A stretch of 64,000 nucleotides of DNA from Candidatus Marinacidobacterium sp. (GTDB lineage: Bacteria > Acidobacteriota > Vicinamibacteria > Marinacidobacterales > Marinacidobacteraceae), in assembly GCA_965204755.1 (NCBI GenBank), contig OZ242011.1, positions 2,240,001-2,304,000 on the forward strand. Direction: 5' to 3'. The notes beneath the pieces were generated by a model, which saw nothing but the letters and a program-made list of their open reading frames with translations, was not told where the DNA came from and searched no databases. Shown in pieces: positions 35,334 to 44,391 of the stretch; position 1 is the first letter of the stretch, and every line of letters starts with the position of its first letter. A program made the position numbers and the translations under genes.

Positions 35334-38315
35334 TCAGAAGACGAATCGCAGGCCGAGTTGGGCTTCGCGTTGGGTGCCGACGAGCGCGCTCGCGAGGCCG
35401 AACTCCGGGTTCGGGGTGACGCCGTCCTCCAGGAACCTCTCCTGCTGGTTGGCGTCGTCCACCGCGAAGGTGTTCCGGTCGAAGACATCGAAGACCTCGA
35501 GCAGGGCTTCGACCTCCACGCCGCCGACGAGAAAACGCCGGGTCAGCCGGAGGTCGAGGTTCGCGCGGAACGCGTTTCGTTCTCCCCGCACCGGGACCAG
35601 GACACCGTTCACCACGGCGCGGGCCTGCGGGCCGTTCGGCCCGACGGAGAAGCCCGGGTGGTTGTGGAAGCCCACCCGGGGGTCGAGCACCGTCCACGGG
35701 GATCCGGACTGCGCGGTGAAGATGCCGCTCGCCCGGAAGTCGAAGGGGAGCGCGAAGACGCCGCTCGCCACGAAGCGGTGCGGGATGTCCCGGCTGGAAA
35801 CGCCCCAGTCGTAGTCCGGGTCGAAGGGGTCGGTCAGCGTGAGGCTGCCGCTGGATCGCTCGTTGTCGTCGTTCGACCGGTCGCGTGACCAGGTGTAGTG
35901 CGCCTGGAACTGCGCCCCGGCGCGGTAGCGCCGCCGGATCAGGACCGTCGCCGCGTCGTACGCCGACCGGGCGAGGGAATCGCGCACCAGGATCGGGCCG
36001 TACTCCGCGTGGATCCGCTCGCCGGAGTACGCCGGGCGGCCGTACGCGTCCCGGCTCGGGCGGGCGGCGTTGGCGTCCCGATTGGACGCCAGGTAGTCCC
36101 CGCGGGCGTGCACCAGGTCCACGGATACCGCGAAGTCGCCCCCGACTTCCCGCTCGTATCCCAGGTTGAAACGCGTCGTGCGCGGGTCTTCGAAACCCGG
36201 GGCCACATAACTGAGGGTGGGGGTCAGTCCGTCGGGCGGGTCGGTGTTGTCTATCGGATCGCCGAGCGGGACGAAACCGGTCTCGCCGGGGGCGACGATC
36301 GCGTTGCCGTATTGCGGATAGACGCCGGTATCGCTGAACGCGGAGTGGAAGAGCAGCGTCGGGGTGCGCGCGTAGAAGACGCCGGCCCCGCCGCGCAGGA
36401 CGCTCTTCTCGCCGAGGGAGCGGACGAAACCGACGCGCGGGGAGAAGTTGTCCAGGTCGTCCGGAGCGCTTCGTCCCTCGGGCAACACATGCTCGATCCC
36501 TCCGGGATTGAAGGTGCCGTCCCAGCGGACGCCGAAGTTCACCGTGAGGCGGGAGTTCGGACTCCAGGAATCCTGGAGATAGACGCCGAGCGTCTGTTGG
36601 GCCACCTCGAAGTTCGGGTTGCCCACATCGCCGAAGAAGATGCGGGCGCGGGCGGCCTCGCCGGCCTCGAAGTCGGCGGTCGTGTCGAAGTCGTACCGGC
36701 CATCGGCGTTCCCGGCGAAGTACTCGCTCAGGAAGTCGGCGCTCAGGTCGAAACCGAACCGGACTTCGTGGTTGCCGGCCAGCAGCGAGAAGCGGTCGGT
36801 GACTTCGACCTTGCGTTCGTTCACGAAGATCGGGAGCCACCACGGCTTTCCGAACGCGCCGCGGGACGGCGAGAAAATCCGGAAGTTGGCCTGGAGTTCG
36901 TTCGCCGGGAGGTTGGCGAGCCGGTCGAGATCGTCGAACGCCAACTGGACGCGGAACTCGTTCACCGCGCCGGCGCCGATCAGCGAGACCAGCGACCCGA
37001 CCGCGGCGTGCGTGCGCTCCAGTTTCCGCGACTCTTCCGCGACGAAGTCCGAAGTGCGGGCGTAGTCGGTGAAGTTGTAGCGGAGCGTGAGCGCGTGGGC
37101 GTCGCCGAGTTGATGGTTCAGTTTGGCGAACAGGATCAGGTTCGAGGTATCGCGCCGGAACCGGCCGGTGGCGGTGCGTCCGAGCGCGGGATCGGAGGAG
37201 GCGGCGCCGTCGGCGTTGGGCGCGAAGCCGGCGAGCAGGTTCGGATACCGGGCGAGGACCGCGTCGTATTGGCCGCGGCCGCGGATCTCTTCGAGGAACG
37301 GTTGGCGGCGGGCGGTCTGGTCGTAGGAGACGAAGAAGTGCGTGCGGTCCCGGCGAACCGGGCCGCCGAAGGAGGCGCCCCAGTTGTAGCGGCGGAACTC
37401 GTCCACTTCGTAGCGGTCGTCGTCGGCCGGAACGCCCCGGCGCGCGTCGAGCGGCGACTGCGGCAGGCGCGCCGCCAACCGGTCGTTCCGGAAGAAGAAG
37501 AATCCCGAGCCGGCGAAGTCGTTCGTCCCGCTCTTGGTCACCACATTCAGGTAACCCCCGCCGGAGCGGCCGGATTCCGCCGAGTAGCCGCTGGTGACCA
37601 CCTGGAACTCCCGCACGGATTCCTGGGCGACCACCAGCCCCCCGTTTTCGGTGGCTTCGCCGCCCCGGCCGTAGCCGAAGAACGCGCTCTTCGCGTCCGC
37701 GCCGTCGATCGTCAGCCCGGAGTTGATGCCGCGCTGGCCGCTCAGCGAGATGCCGCCGCGCTGCGGCTCCACCTTCACCGTCGGCTGGAGGAGGGCGAAC
37801 TGCACGAAGTCCCGGCCGGAGATGGGGAGCGCTGCGATCTCCTCTTCGCCGACATAGCCGGCGGCGCCGGCGCGCCCGGTTTCGAGGAGCGGCGCGGCGG
37901 TGACGACGACCGTTTCCGCGACCGAGGACAACGGGAGCGTCAGGTCGAGGTCGAGGACCTGCCCGACGAGCAGCCGGAGGTCCTCCCGCTCGGCGGAACG
38001 GAACCCGTCGAGCGAAGCGGTGAGCCGGTAAGCGCCGCTCGGAAGCGAGCCCAGGACGAAGAACCCGGCTTCGTTGGCGGTGGCGGAGCGCGACTGCCCG
38101 CGTTCGAGGTCGGCGAGGACGATCACGGCGCCGGGGAGCGCCGCCCCGGTCTGGTCGGTGACGAACCCCTGGACCCGGGCGAGCGACTGCCCGGCGGCGG
38201 GAGCGGCGCAGAAGGCGAGTCCGGCAGCCGCTCCCGCGGCGAGCGCTCGGCGGCGCGCCCACCCGGTGGCGGCGGAGAAACGACGAGGGGAGAAACGAAG
38301 GGAGGACGGGCGCAT
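35334..38315 (-). CDS. TonB-dependent receptor, Oar-like, with N-terminal carboxypeptidase-regulatory-like domain
   Basis: GFVTDQTGAALPGA, ESVREFQVVTSGYSAESGRSGGGYLNVVTKSGTNDF, NFSPRVGF, terminal QLGLRFVF; ATG 38315. Confidence 0.92.
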   Translation of the reverse strand: MRPSSLRFSPRRFSAATGWARRRALAAGAAAGLAFCAAPAAGQSLARVQGFVTDQTGAALPGAVIVLADLERGQSRSATANEAGFFVLGSLPSGAYRLTASLDGFRSAEREDLRLLVGQVLDLDLTLPLSSVAETVVVTAAPLLETGRAGAAGYVGEEEIAALPISGRDFVQFALLQPTVKVEPQRGGISLSGQRGINSGLTIDGADAKSAFFGYGRGGEATENGGLVVAQESVREFQVVTSGYSAESGRSGGGYLNVVTKSGTNDFAGSGFFFFRNDRLAARLPQSPLDARRGVPADDDRYEVDEFRRYNWGASFGGPVRRDRTHFFVSYDQTARRQPFLEEIRGRGQYDAVLARYPNLLAGFAPNADGAASSDPALGRTATGRFRRDTSNLILFAKLNHQLGDAHALTLRYNFTDYARTSDFVAEESRKLERTHAAVGSLVSLIGAGAVNEFRVQLAFDDLDRLANLPANELQANFRIFSPSRGAFGKPWWLPIFVNERKVEVTDRFSLLAGNHEVRFGFDLSADFLSEYFAGNADGRYDFDTTADFEAGEAARARIFFGDVGNPNFEVAQQTLGVYLQDSWSPNSRLTVNFGVRWDGTFNPGGIEHVLPEGRSAPDDLDNFSPRVGFVRSLGEKSVLRGGAGVFYARTPTLLFHSAFSDTGVYPQYGNAIVAPGETGFVPLGDPIDNTDPPDGLTPTLSYVAPGFEDPRTTRFNLGYEREVGGDFAVSVDLVHARGDYLASNRDANAARPSRDAYGRPAYSGERIHAEYGPILVRDSLARSAYDAATVLIRRRYRAGAQFQAHYTWSRDRSNDDNERSSGSLTLTDPFDPDYDWGVSSRDIPHRFVASGVFALPFDFRASGIFTAQSGSPWTVLDPRVGFHNHPGFSVGPNGPQARAVVNGVLVPVRGERNAFRANLDLRLTRRFLVGGVEVEALLEVFDVFDRNTFAVDDANQQERFLEDGVTPNPEFGLASALVGTQREAQLGLRFVF

Positions 38316-38546
38316 CGGGGGTTGGCGAAGGGACCTCTGCCGGCGTGGAGCCGGGTCGGCGGCGGTGTGGGGTGGCCCGAAAGACCGGGCGGTGGGCGCG
38401 GGGGCGGCGCCGGTGCGTGGCGGGTCGTCGCGCCCCGAACGGCGGGAATCTTGGATTCGAGACGGCGCGTTTCGCAACGACCGGCGGGAGAGCGTGGCGC
38501 GCGCGGGGGCGCTTCTTCCGCGGGCCGATAGGATGGCCGTTCCGCG

Positions 38547-38744
38547 ATGCAACTCCTCGGAGTCTTCCTCGTCACCTTGGCGGTGGCCGCGCTCTCCGTC
38601 TTCCTGCTCGGGCTGGGGTCGCTCCTCAAACGGCGTTGTTCCCTCCGGCCCTGCGGGGCTTCCGGTGACGGGGACGGCCCGGCCGCCTCGGACGCCTGCT
38701 CGGACTGCCCGCTGGCGAAGGCGGAGCGGACCGAGCCCGCCTGA
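38547..38744 (+). CDS. Small membrane protein with a Cys-rich tail (NqrM/DUF539-like or FeoB-associated Cys-rich type)
   Basis: One N-terminal TM helix, then KRRCSLRPCG...ACSDCP (4 Cys); an apbE gene lies ~1.2 kb away. Confidence 0.55.
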   Translation: MQLLGVFLVTLAVAALSVFLLGLGSLLKRRCSLRPCGASGDGDGPAASDACSDCPLAKAERTEPA

Positions 38745-38775
38745 GCGCCGCGGGGCGGGAACCTGACCGGGGAGG

Positions 38776-39546
38776 GTGGCGGTGAAGCGGCTGGGCGACC
38801 GGGTGGCGGTGGTCACCGGGGCGGCGGCGGGGATCGGGGCGGCGACGGCGGAAGTGTTCGCCGAGGAGGGCGCGAGCGTGGTGCTGGCGGACATCGCCGG
38901 CGCGGAGGCGGAGGAAGTCGCCTCCGGGATCCGGCAGCGGGGAGGATCGGCGCTCTCGGTGACCGCGGATGTCTCGATCGAGGAAGGCGTGGAGGCGGTC
39001 GTCCTCGCCGCCGAACGGGGGCCGGGCCCGGTGGACATCCTGGTGAACAACGCCGGGGTGGAACTCAAGCGGCCGGTGGAGGACACCAGCCTCGCGGACT
39101 GGGAGCGCGTCCTGCGGGTGAACCTGACCTCGGCGTTCCTGATGTCCCGCCGGGTGTTCCCGGGGATGAAGGAGCGGCGCCGGGGCGCCATCGTCATGAA
39201 TTCCTCGGTCGGCAACGCCATCGCCGCGGTGAACAGTTCCGCCTACGGGGCCTCGAAGGCGGGGATGATGGCGCTGGCGCGGGGGCTGGCGCTCGAAGGG
39301 GCGCCGTTCGGCGTGCGGGCGAACGCGGTGTGCCCGGGCGTCATCGCCACCCCGATGAACGAGCGCAACCTGGCTCGGGCGGACGATCCGGAGGCCATGC
39401 GCCGCTCCTGGTACGAAGTGACGCCGCTCGGGCGACTGGGAACGCCCCGCGAAGTGGCGCAGGCCATCCTGTTCCTCGCCTCCGACGAGTCGGCCTTCGT
39501 GACCGGCCTGCCGCTGGTGATCGACGGAGGCAGAGTGATACAGTAA
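38776..39546 (+). CDS. Short-chain dehydrogenase/reductase
   Basis: TGAAAGIG, NNAG, YGASK, NAVCPG; GGAGG RBS. Confidence 0.93.
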   Translation: MAVKRLGDRVAVVTGAAAGIGAATAEVFAEEGASVVLADIAGAEAEEVASGIRQRGGSALSVTADVSIEEGVEAVVLAAERGPGPVDILVNNAGVELKRPVEDTSLADWERVLRVNLTSAFLMSRRVFPGMKERRRGAIVMNSSVGNAIAAVNSSAYGASKAGMMALARGLALEGAPFGVRANAVCPGVIATPMNERNLARADDPEAMRRSWYEVTPLGRLGTPREVAQAILFLASDESAFVTGLPLVIDGGRVIQ

Positions 39547-39596
39547 CCTATTCGTTACCATTGGAATAAAGCAGTGTGGTAACAAATAAGTTACCA
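39543..39596. promoter_or_regulatory. Two palindromic operators GTAAC-N6-GTTAC in an AT-rich promoter
   Basis: GTAAC-CTATTC-GTTAC (39543-58) and TGGTAAC-AAATAA-GTTACCA (39577-96), directly upstream of the HTH gene. Confidence 0.7.
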
Positions 39597-39604
39597 TTCG
39601 GGAG

Positions 39605-39925
39605 ATGCTGCGGCGCACCTTCCGCAAGGGCGTTCGGTCGAGGGCCGGGCGGGATCCCGGGTTCCGGACCGCGCTGCTCCGGGACGCCCTGGACGCGCTC
39701 CTCGGCGCGGACCTGGCCGGGTTCCGGTCCGGTCTGCGGGACTATGTGAACGCCACCCTCGGCTTCGCCCGGCTGACCGAGCGCACCGGCATCCCGGAGA
39801 AGAGCCTGATGCGGATGCTCGGCCCCCGCGGGAACCCCCGGGCGGAACATCTCGCCGCCCTGCTCCGCGCCGTAGCCGAACACGAGGGCGTCGCTCTCAC
39901 CTCCCGAATCACCGAGCCCGAGTAA
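39605..39925 (+). CDS. Addiction-module antidote / HigA-like HTH regulator, no adjacent toxin
   Basis: RDPGFRTALLRDAL...LRDYVNATLGFARLTERTGIPEKSLMRMLGPRGNPRAEHL is typical of this antitoxin-like family; GGGAG RBS. Confidence 0.8.
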   Translation: MLRRTFRKGVRSRAGRDPGFRTALLRDALDALLGADLAGFRSGLRDYVNATLGFARLTERTGIPEKSLMRMLGPRGNPRAEHLAALLRAVAEHEGVALTSRITEPE

Positions 39926-39953
39926 GCCGGGCCGGGGGGCCGCGCCCCGCGAA

Positions 39954-41165
39954 TCAGTCCGGAGCGCGTTCGGCGGCGACCGGGAATCCGGGAGTGGCGC
40001 GTTCCACCACCGTCCCGTCGGAGGCCGCCGTGAGGAACAGCGCGGCCAGCCCGCGCTCCCGAGCCAGGTCGTAGCCGGCCTCCGGACCCAGGACGAAGAG
40101 CGCCGTGGCCCAGGCGTCCGCGAACAGGCAGGACTCGGCGAGGACGGTCACCGAGCCGCTGCGGCGCTCCACCGGCCGGCCGGAGCGGGGGTCGAAGATG
40201 TGCGTCCAGTAGCGGTCTTCGCCGCCCGGAATCTCGGCGGCCGCCGCCGGCGGGGAGGGAGCGGAGGCTTCCCGGTAGTCGCGGTAGCCGCCCGAAGTCG
40301 CGACGCCCCGGTCCGCCGCCGGGAACGACCGGTGCACCCGCGGGAGCCCGCCTCCGAAGGGCGTCTCGATGCCCACCGTCCAACTCCCCTGCGTCCGGAT
40401 CTCGCCGCCGACCTCCACCAGGTGTTCCGGGAACCCGGCGGCGGCGAGGGCCGCCGAGATCCGGTCCACCGCGTATCCCTTGGCGATGCCGGAGAGGTCG
40501 AGTTCGATCCCCTCGGCGCTTCGGCGGAGGAGGCCGCCGCCATCCGCCGCGCGCTCGAGGGAGAGCCGCCCGCTGCCCACTCGGGCGCGGGCCTCGGCGA
40601 GGCTCGCGGGATCGGGGGCCGACCCGGAGGGCGCCCCCTCCGGGCCGAACCCGTAGAGCCGGAGCAGGGGCGCCACGGTGATGTCGAAGGCGCCCCCGGA
40701 GTCCCGGTGGACTTCGAGCGCCGCGGCGAGCACCTCCGCGAGCGGGGCCGACACCGCCGCCGCCCCGCGCCCGCCGTCGGCGTTCAGGCGGGAGATTTCC
40801 GAGTCCTCCCGCCAATTCGACATCGCCCGGTCCACTGCGTCCAGTTCCCGTTCGACCAGCGCCGTGAGCGTTCGGCTCCCTGCCTCCACGGCCCCGACGC
40901 CGCGCGCCCGCACCATCCAGCGGGTGCCGAACGCCTCCCCTTCGAGCCGCAGCCCGGCGGCGCCGGGGTCGTTCCCGGAACCGGCCCCGCACGCCGCGGC
41001 GAGGAGCAGGGCCGGCGCGCCGCGCCACCACCGCGCCCGCCGGGAGGGGCCGCGCCCCGCTCTACCCGGCCCGCCGCCCGCACCGGCGGCGAGGAGCGAA
41101 CACCCGGCCCGCCTCCGGGGCGCCGCCGCCGGGGAGGGCGAAGCGCTCTCCCCGCGGGGCGTCAC
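39954..41165 (-). CDS. apbE: FAD:protein FMN transferase (ApbE lipoprotein)
   Basis: Lipobox LAAAC, SNWREDSEISRLN, GAFDITV, DLSGIAKGYAVD, ATSGGYR, HIFDPRSG, ADAWATALFVLG. The GTG overlaps the upstream stop (GTGA). Confidence 0.92.
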   Translation of the reverse strand: MTPRGESASPSPAAAPRRRAGCSLLAAGAGGGPGRAGRGPSRRARWWRGAPALLLAAACGAGSGNDPGAAGLRLEGEAFGTRWMVRARGVGAVEAGSRTLTALVERELDAVDRAMSNWREDSEISRLNADGGRGAAAVSAPLAEVLAAALEVHRDSGGAFDITVAPLLRLYGFGPEGAPSGSAPDPASLAEARARVGSGRLSLERAADGGGLLRRSAEGIELDLSGIAKGYAVDRISAALAAAGFPEHLVEVGGEIRTQGSWTVGIETPFGGGLPRVHRSFPAADRGVATSGGYRDYREASAPSPPAAAAEIPGGEDRYWTHIFDPRSGRPVERRSGSVTVLAESCLFADAWATALFVLGPEAGYDLARERGLAALFLTAASDGTVVERATPGFPVAAERAPD

Positions 41166-44029
41166 CTCCCGTCCGTCGGGGCGGGGGAGCCGCCGAGGCT
41201 CAGGAGGTTGGCGAGCAGGCGGTAAGCGCCGGGCGTGCCCGCCGGGAGTTGCCGCCAGAGGCCGAGCCCCAGGTAGAGCCATCGGCCGCGTCCGTGGCGG
41301 GCTTCCACCAGGATGCCCCGTTTCTCGCCGGCGTTGTATTCCCACGGATCCTCCGAGGCGAGCAGGTCGGTGTACGCCGGGTCGCCCCCCGGCGCCAGGA
41401 AGTAGAGCCCGCGCTCCTGCACCCACCCGGCCCAGTCGGCCTCCCCGATGCGGTTCGGCGCGTGGAAGACCGGGTGCTCCGGGACCAGCGCCCGCATCGG
41501 GGCGTCCTCCACCGTGACCCGCCCGCGCCCGACGGAGATCGGGTAGGGGCCCCACTGCGCGGCGTTGAACTCGAACTTGTTGTACTGGACGAGCAGCGTG
41601 CCGCCGCGCTCCACGAACTCGATCAGCCGGTGGTTGTGCGTGCGCAGGTCCGGTCGCGCGAGGTAGGCGCGCACGCCGAGCACGATGGTGTCGAAGGCGG
41701 ACAGGTCGCCCTCGGCGAGGTCGGCTTCGTCCAGGTCGGTGAGCGAGACCCCGAGTTGGGCGATCGCTTCCGCGACTTCGTCCCCGACTCCTTCCACATA
41801 GCCGACGCGGACCGGCGCGACCGCCGCGTCCACGACCAGCGCGTTCGCCGCCGCCGGCCGGAACAGGTGGCGCGTCTCGATGTGGTGGTAGGCGACGGTC
41901 TCCACGGTCTCGGCGAAGACGGCCTGCCGGCCGGGGTTCTCCCCGCCGACGAGCCGCGCCTCGGCGCTCAGCGCGTGGGCGCCCTCGGCGACTCCCGACG
42001 GCGCCGACACGGTGAACGCCACCCGGGTCTCGCCGGGCCCGGCGAACGCCGCGGCGCCGGCCTCGGGCGCCACCGTCCAACCCGGCGGCGCGGACAGCCG
42101 GACCTCGTACTCCGCCGCCGCGCTCCCCCGATGGGTCACCGCCACCGAGAGTTCGCGCTCCCGGCCGCCGCGCGGGAACACCACGATCTCCGGCGCGACC
42201 AGGACGGAGGCGAGCGGCAGCACGGACACCTCCTTCTGCTTCTCGGCCCCGACCCAGGGCCCCTCGTAGCGGTACTCCACCGGGCGGCGGATGGTGGCCG
42301 AGACGCCGCCGGCCATGAACCGGACGCGCGCCTCGACCGGCGGCGGGGGAACCGCGGCGCCGAAGGGCGCGCCCTCGGCCATCAGGAAGCGGTCTTCGTC
42401 GGGCCCCGCGCGGAACGCCGGGCGGCTGAACTCCGCGTCCGGGGCGGCGGTCACCGCGAATCGCGTACGCACCGCTCCCCTCGGAGCGACCGGCCTCGGC
42501 AGGTCGTCCGCGGAGGTCAGCGGCGGTCCCGCCGGGCCGCGCCGCCGGCCGGGGCCGCGCGGCGCTGCGCCGTCCTCGGAGGCGGGCTCCACCCGCCAAC
42601 CCTCCGGGGTTTCGAGACCCACATCCACCATGAGGGCTTCCGGGCCCCCCACGCGCACCGCCACCTCGGCGTGGAACCGCCCGCCGGGCGTCACCTCGGA
42701 GGCGCTCGCCACCGGGTGCACCTCGAGCCCGTGCGCGAGCGCCAGCGCCTCCTGGATCAGGTCTTCCTTGGGGGCGAGCCGGTGTTCGAGTTCGTAGGCG
42801 TCCGCCTCCGGGAGTCGGCGGGCCTCCCGGCGGAGGTCCCGAGCCGCGTGGAGCGCCTGCCCGAGCGCGCCGATGCTCCGTTCCGGTTCGCCGGCGGAGA
42901 ACGCCGCCTCGGCGGCGGCGACCGCGCCGCGCAAGGCGCCCAGGCCCGCCCGCTGCGGCGCCGCCCCGTCCCCGGTCAGGAACGCTTCGTAGCGGGCCAG
43001 GCCGGTCGGGATCCCGGCGAAGAGGCCGTCCTCCGCCCCCGCCGGACCGTCGGCCGGAAGCGCGTTCCGCGTTTCGAGCAGCACCGAGGGCCGCCCGAAG
43101 GCGCTCGCCCGCACTTGCCCCATCCCCTGGCAGCGGTGCGCGGCGCGCGCTTCCTGGCCCAGGTCGGCGTAGGTGCGGCCCAGAAGGGGATCCCAGACCT
43201 CGGTCTCCCGGCGGACGACTCTCGCTTCGGTATCCGGGCCGGACACCCGGCCGCCGCCGACGCCGGTCACGAACAGTTTCAGCGGCTGCCAGGGAGGAAG
43301 CCCTTCCGCCAGGTGCTCGGGAAAGCGAGCCGGATCCCCGGCGGCGTCGAATGCCTCGCGCGCCAGCCGCCCGGTCGCCTGGTGGTGCTGTCCGCCACCG
43401 GCGCCGGTCGGGGACAGGGTGAGGATCACCTCGGGGCGGAGGATCCGGATCATCTTCACGACTTCGCCGAGCGTCCGCTCCCGCCCCCACTTCTCCAGCG
43501 TCTCCTCGGCGCTGAACGAGTAGCCGAAGTCGGAGACGAGTCCGAAGTACTGCTCGACGCCGTCCAGCCGGTGCGAGGTCCGCAGTTCCTCCGTGCGGAG
43601 GACGCGCAGGCCGTCGAAGAGTTCCGGCCCGATCTCGTTCTGGCCGCCGCCCCCGCGGGTGAGGGAGAGCAGCGAGACCCGGACGCCGTCGCCGCGGCTC
43701 AGGGCCGCGTGGAGCGCGCTGTCTTCGTCGTCGGGGTGCGCGGTGATCGAGAGGACGGAGACGCCGCTCGCGATCTTCCGGAGCGCGAGCCCCAGCCCGA
43801 CCGCCCCCCGGTCGGGCGCTTCCGGCCGGAGTTGCGCCGCCGCGGTCGCGACCGGCGGCGGGGCGAGCAGCCCGAGCGCCGTCAGCGCGGCGAGCCCGGC
43901 CCCGACCGCGCCGCCCGCGCCCCGAAGGCGCCGCCGGCCGCGTCCGCGGTCGGTGTTTCCTGCCGCTTCCGACCGGACTTTCCGTCGGGTGGCGCGCCGG
44001 GTGACCGGCGCCGGTATCGTTCCGCGCAC
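41162..44029 (-). CDS. Exported PIG-L/LmbE family deacetylase with NEW3-like and class I glutamine-amidotransferase-like C-terminal domains
   Basis: AHPDDED, LTRGGGGQNEIG, RTEEL, DFGYS, HHQ, AHRCQGMG, WVQERGLYF, RQLPAGTPGAYRLLANL. Confidence 0.88.
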   Translation of the reverse strand: MRGTIPAPVTRRATRRKVRSEAAGNTDRGRGRRRLRGAGGAVGAGLAALTALGLLAPPPVATAAAQLRPEAPDRGAVGLGLALRKIASGVSVLSITAHPDDEDSALHAALSRGDGVRVSLLSLTRGGGGQNEIGPELFDGLRVLRTEELRTSHRLDGVEQYFGLVSDFGYSFSAEETLEKWGRERTLGEVVKMIRILRPEVILTLSPTGAGGGQHHQATGRLAREAFDAAGDPARFPEHLAEGLPPWQPLKLFVTGVGGGRVSGPDTEARVVRRETEVWDPLLGRTYADLGQEARAAHRCQGMGQVRASAFGRPSVLLETRNALPADGPAGAEDGLFAGIPTGLARYEAFLTGDGAAPQRAGLGALRGAVAAAEAAFSAGEPERSIGALGQALHAARDLRREARRLPEADAYELEHRLAPKEDLIQEALALAHGLEVHPVASASEVTPGGRFHAEVAVRVGGPEALMVDVGLETPEGWRVEPASEDGAAPRGPGRRRGPAGPPLTSADDLPRPVAPRGAVRTRFAVTAAPDAEFSRPAFRAGPDEDRFLMAEGAPFGAAVPPPPVEARVRFMAGGVSATIRRPVEYRYEGPWVGAEKQKEVSVLPLASVLVAPEIVVFPRGGRERELSVAVTHRGSAAAEYEVRLSAPPGWTVAPEAGAAAFAGPGETRVAFTVSAPSGVAEGAHALSAEARLVGGENPGRQAVFAETVETVAYHHIETRHLFRPAAANALVVDAAVAPVRVGYVEGVGDEVAEAIAQLGVSLTDLDEADLAEGDLSAFDTIVLGVRAYLARPDLRTHNHRLIEFVERGGTLLVQYNKFEFNAAQWGPYPISVGRGRVTVEDAPMRALVPEHPVFHAPNRIGEADWAGWVQERGLYFLAPGGDPAYTDLLASEDPWEYNAGEKRGILVEARHGRGRWLYLGLGLWRQLPAGTPGAYRLLANLLSLGGSPAPTDGR

Positions 44030-44154
44030 TTCCGCGCCTCCTGGAATTCTTCCGATCCCCCTGCCCGACCGCCCTGCCCGACCGCCCTGCCGAACCGGCC
44101 CCGCCGAAGTCTAGCGACGCCCCGCCGCCGCCCGCCGCGCCGGAGGCGCCCCCG

Positions 44155-44346
44155 GTGACCGGGCCGCCGGGCGCGGCGCCGCCGCCGGGCGCGGCGCCGC
44201 CGCCGGCTGCGACGGACGCCTCCGACCGCCCGCCCTCCGAGACGGGCTTCTTCCGCACCTGGCGGCGCCTGTATGCGGCGGTCCTGGTGACCGAACTGGC
44301 GCTGGTGGTCCTCTTCCTCTGGTTTTCCCGAGCCTTCTCGGGCTGA
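44155..44346 (+). CDS. Small single-TM protein preceding the sodium:solute symporter
   Basis: FFRTWRRLYAAVLVTELALVVLFLWFSRAFS TM helix, placed directly before the SSS gene. Confidence 0.65.
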   Translation: MTGPPGAAPPPGAAPPPAATDASDRPPSETGFFRTWRRLYAAVLVTELALVVLFLWFSRAFSG

Positions 44347-44391
44347 CCCCGGACCGCTCGGGCGCCGCTCCGCGACTCCCCGGCGGCCTCC

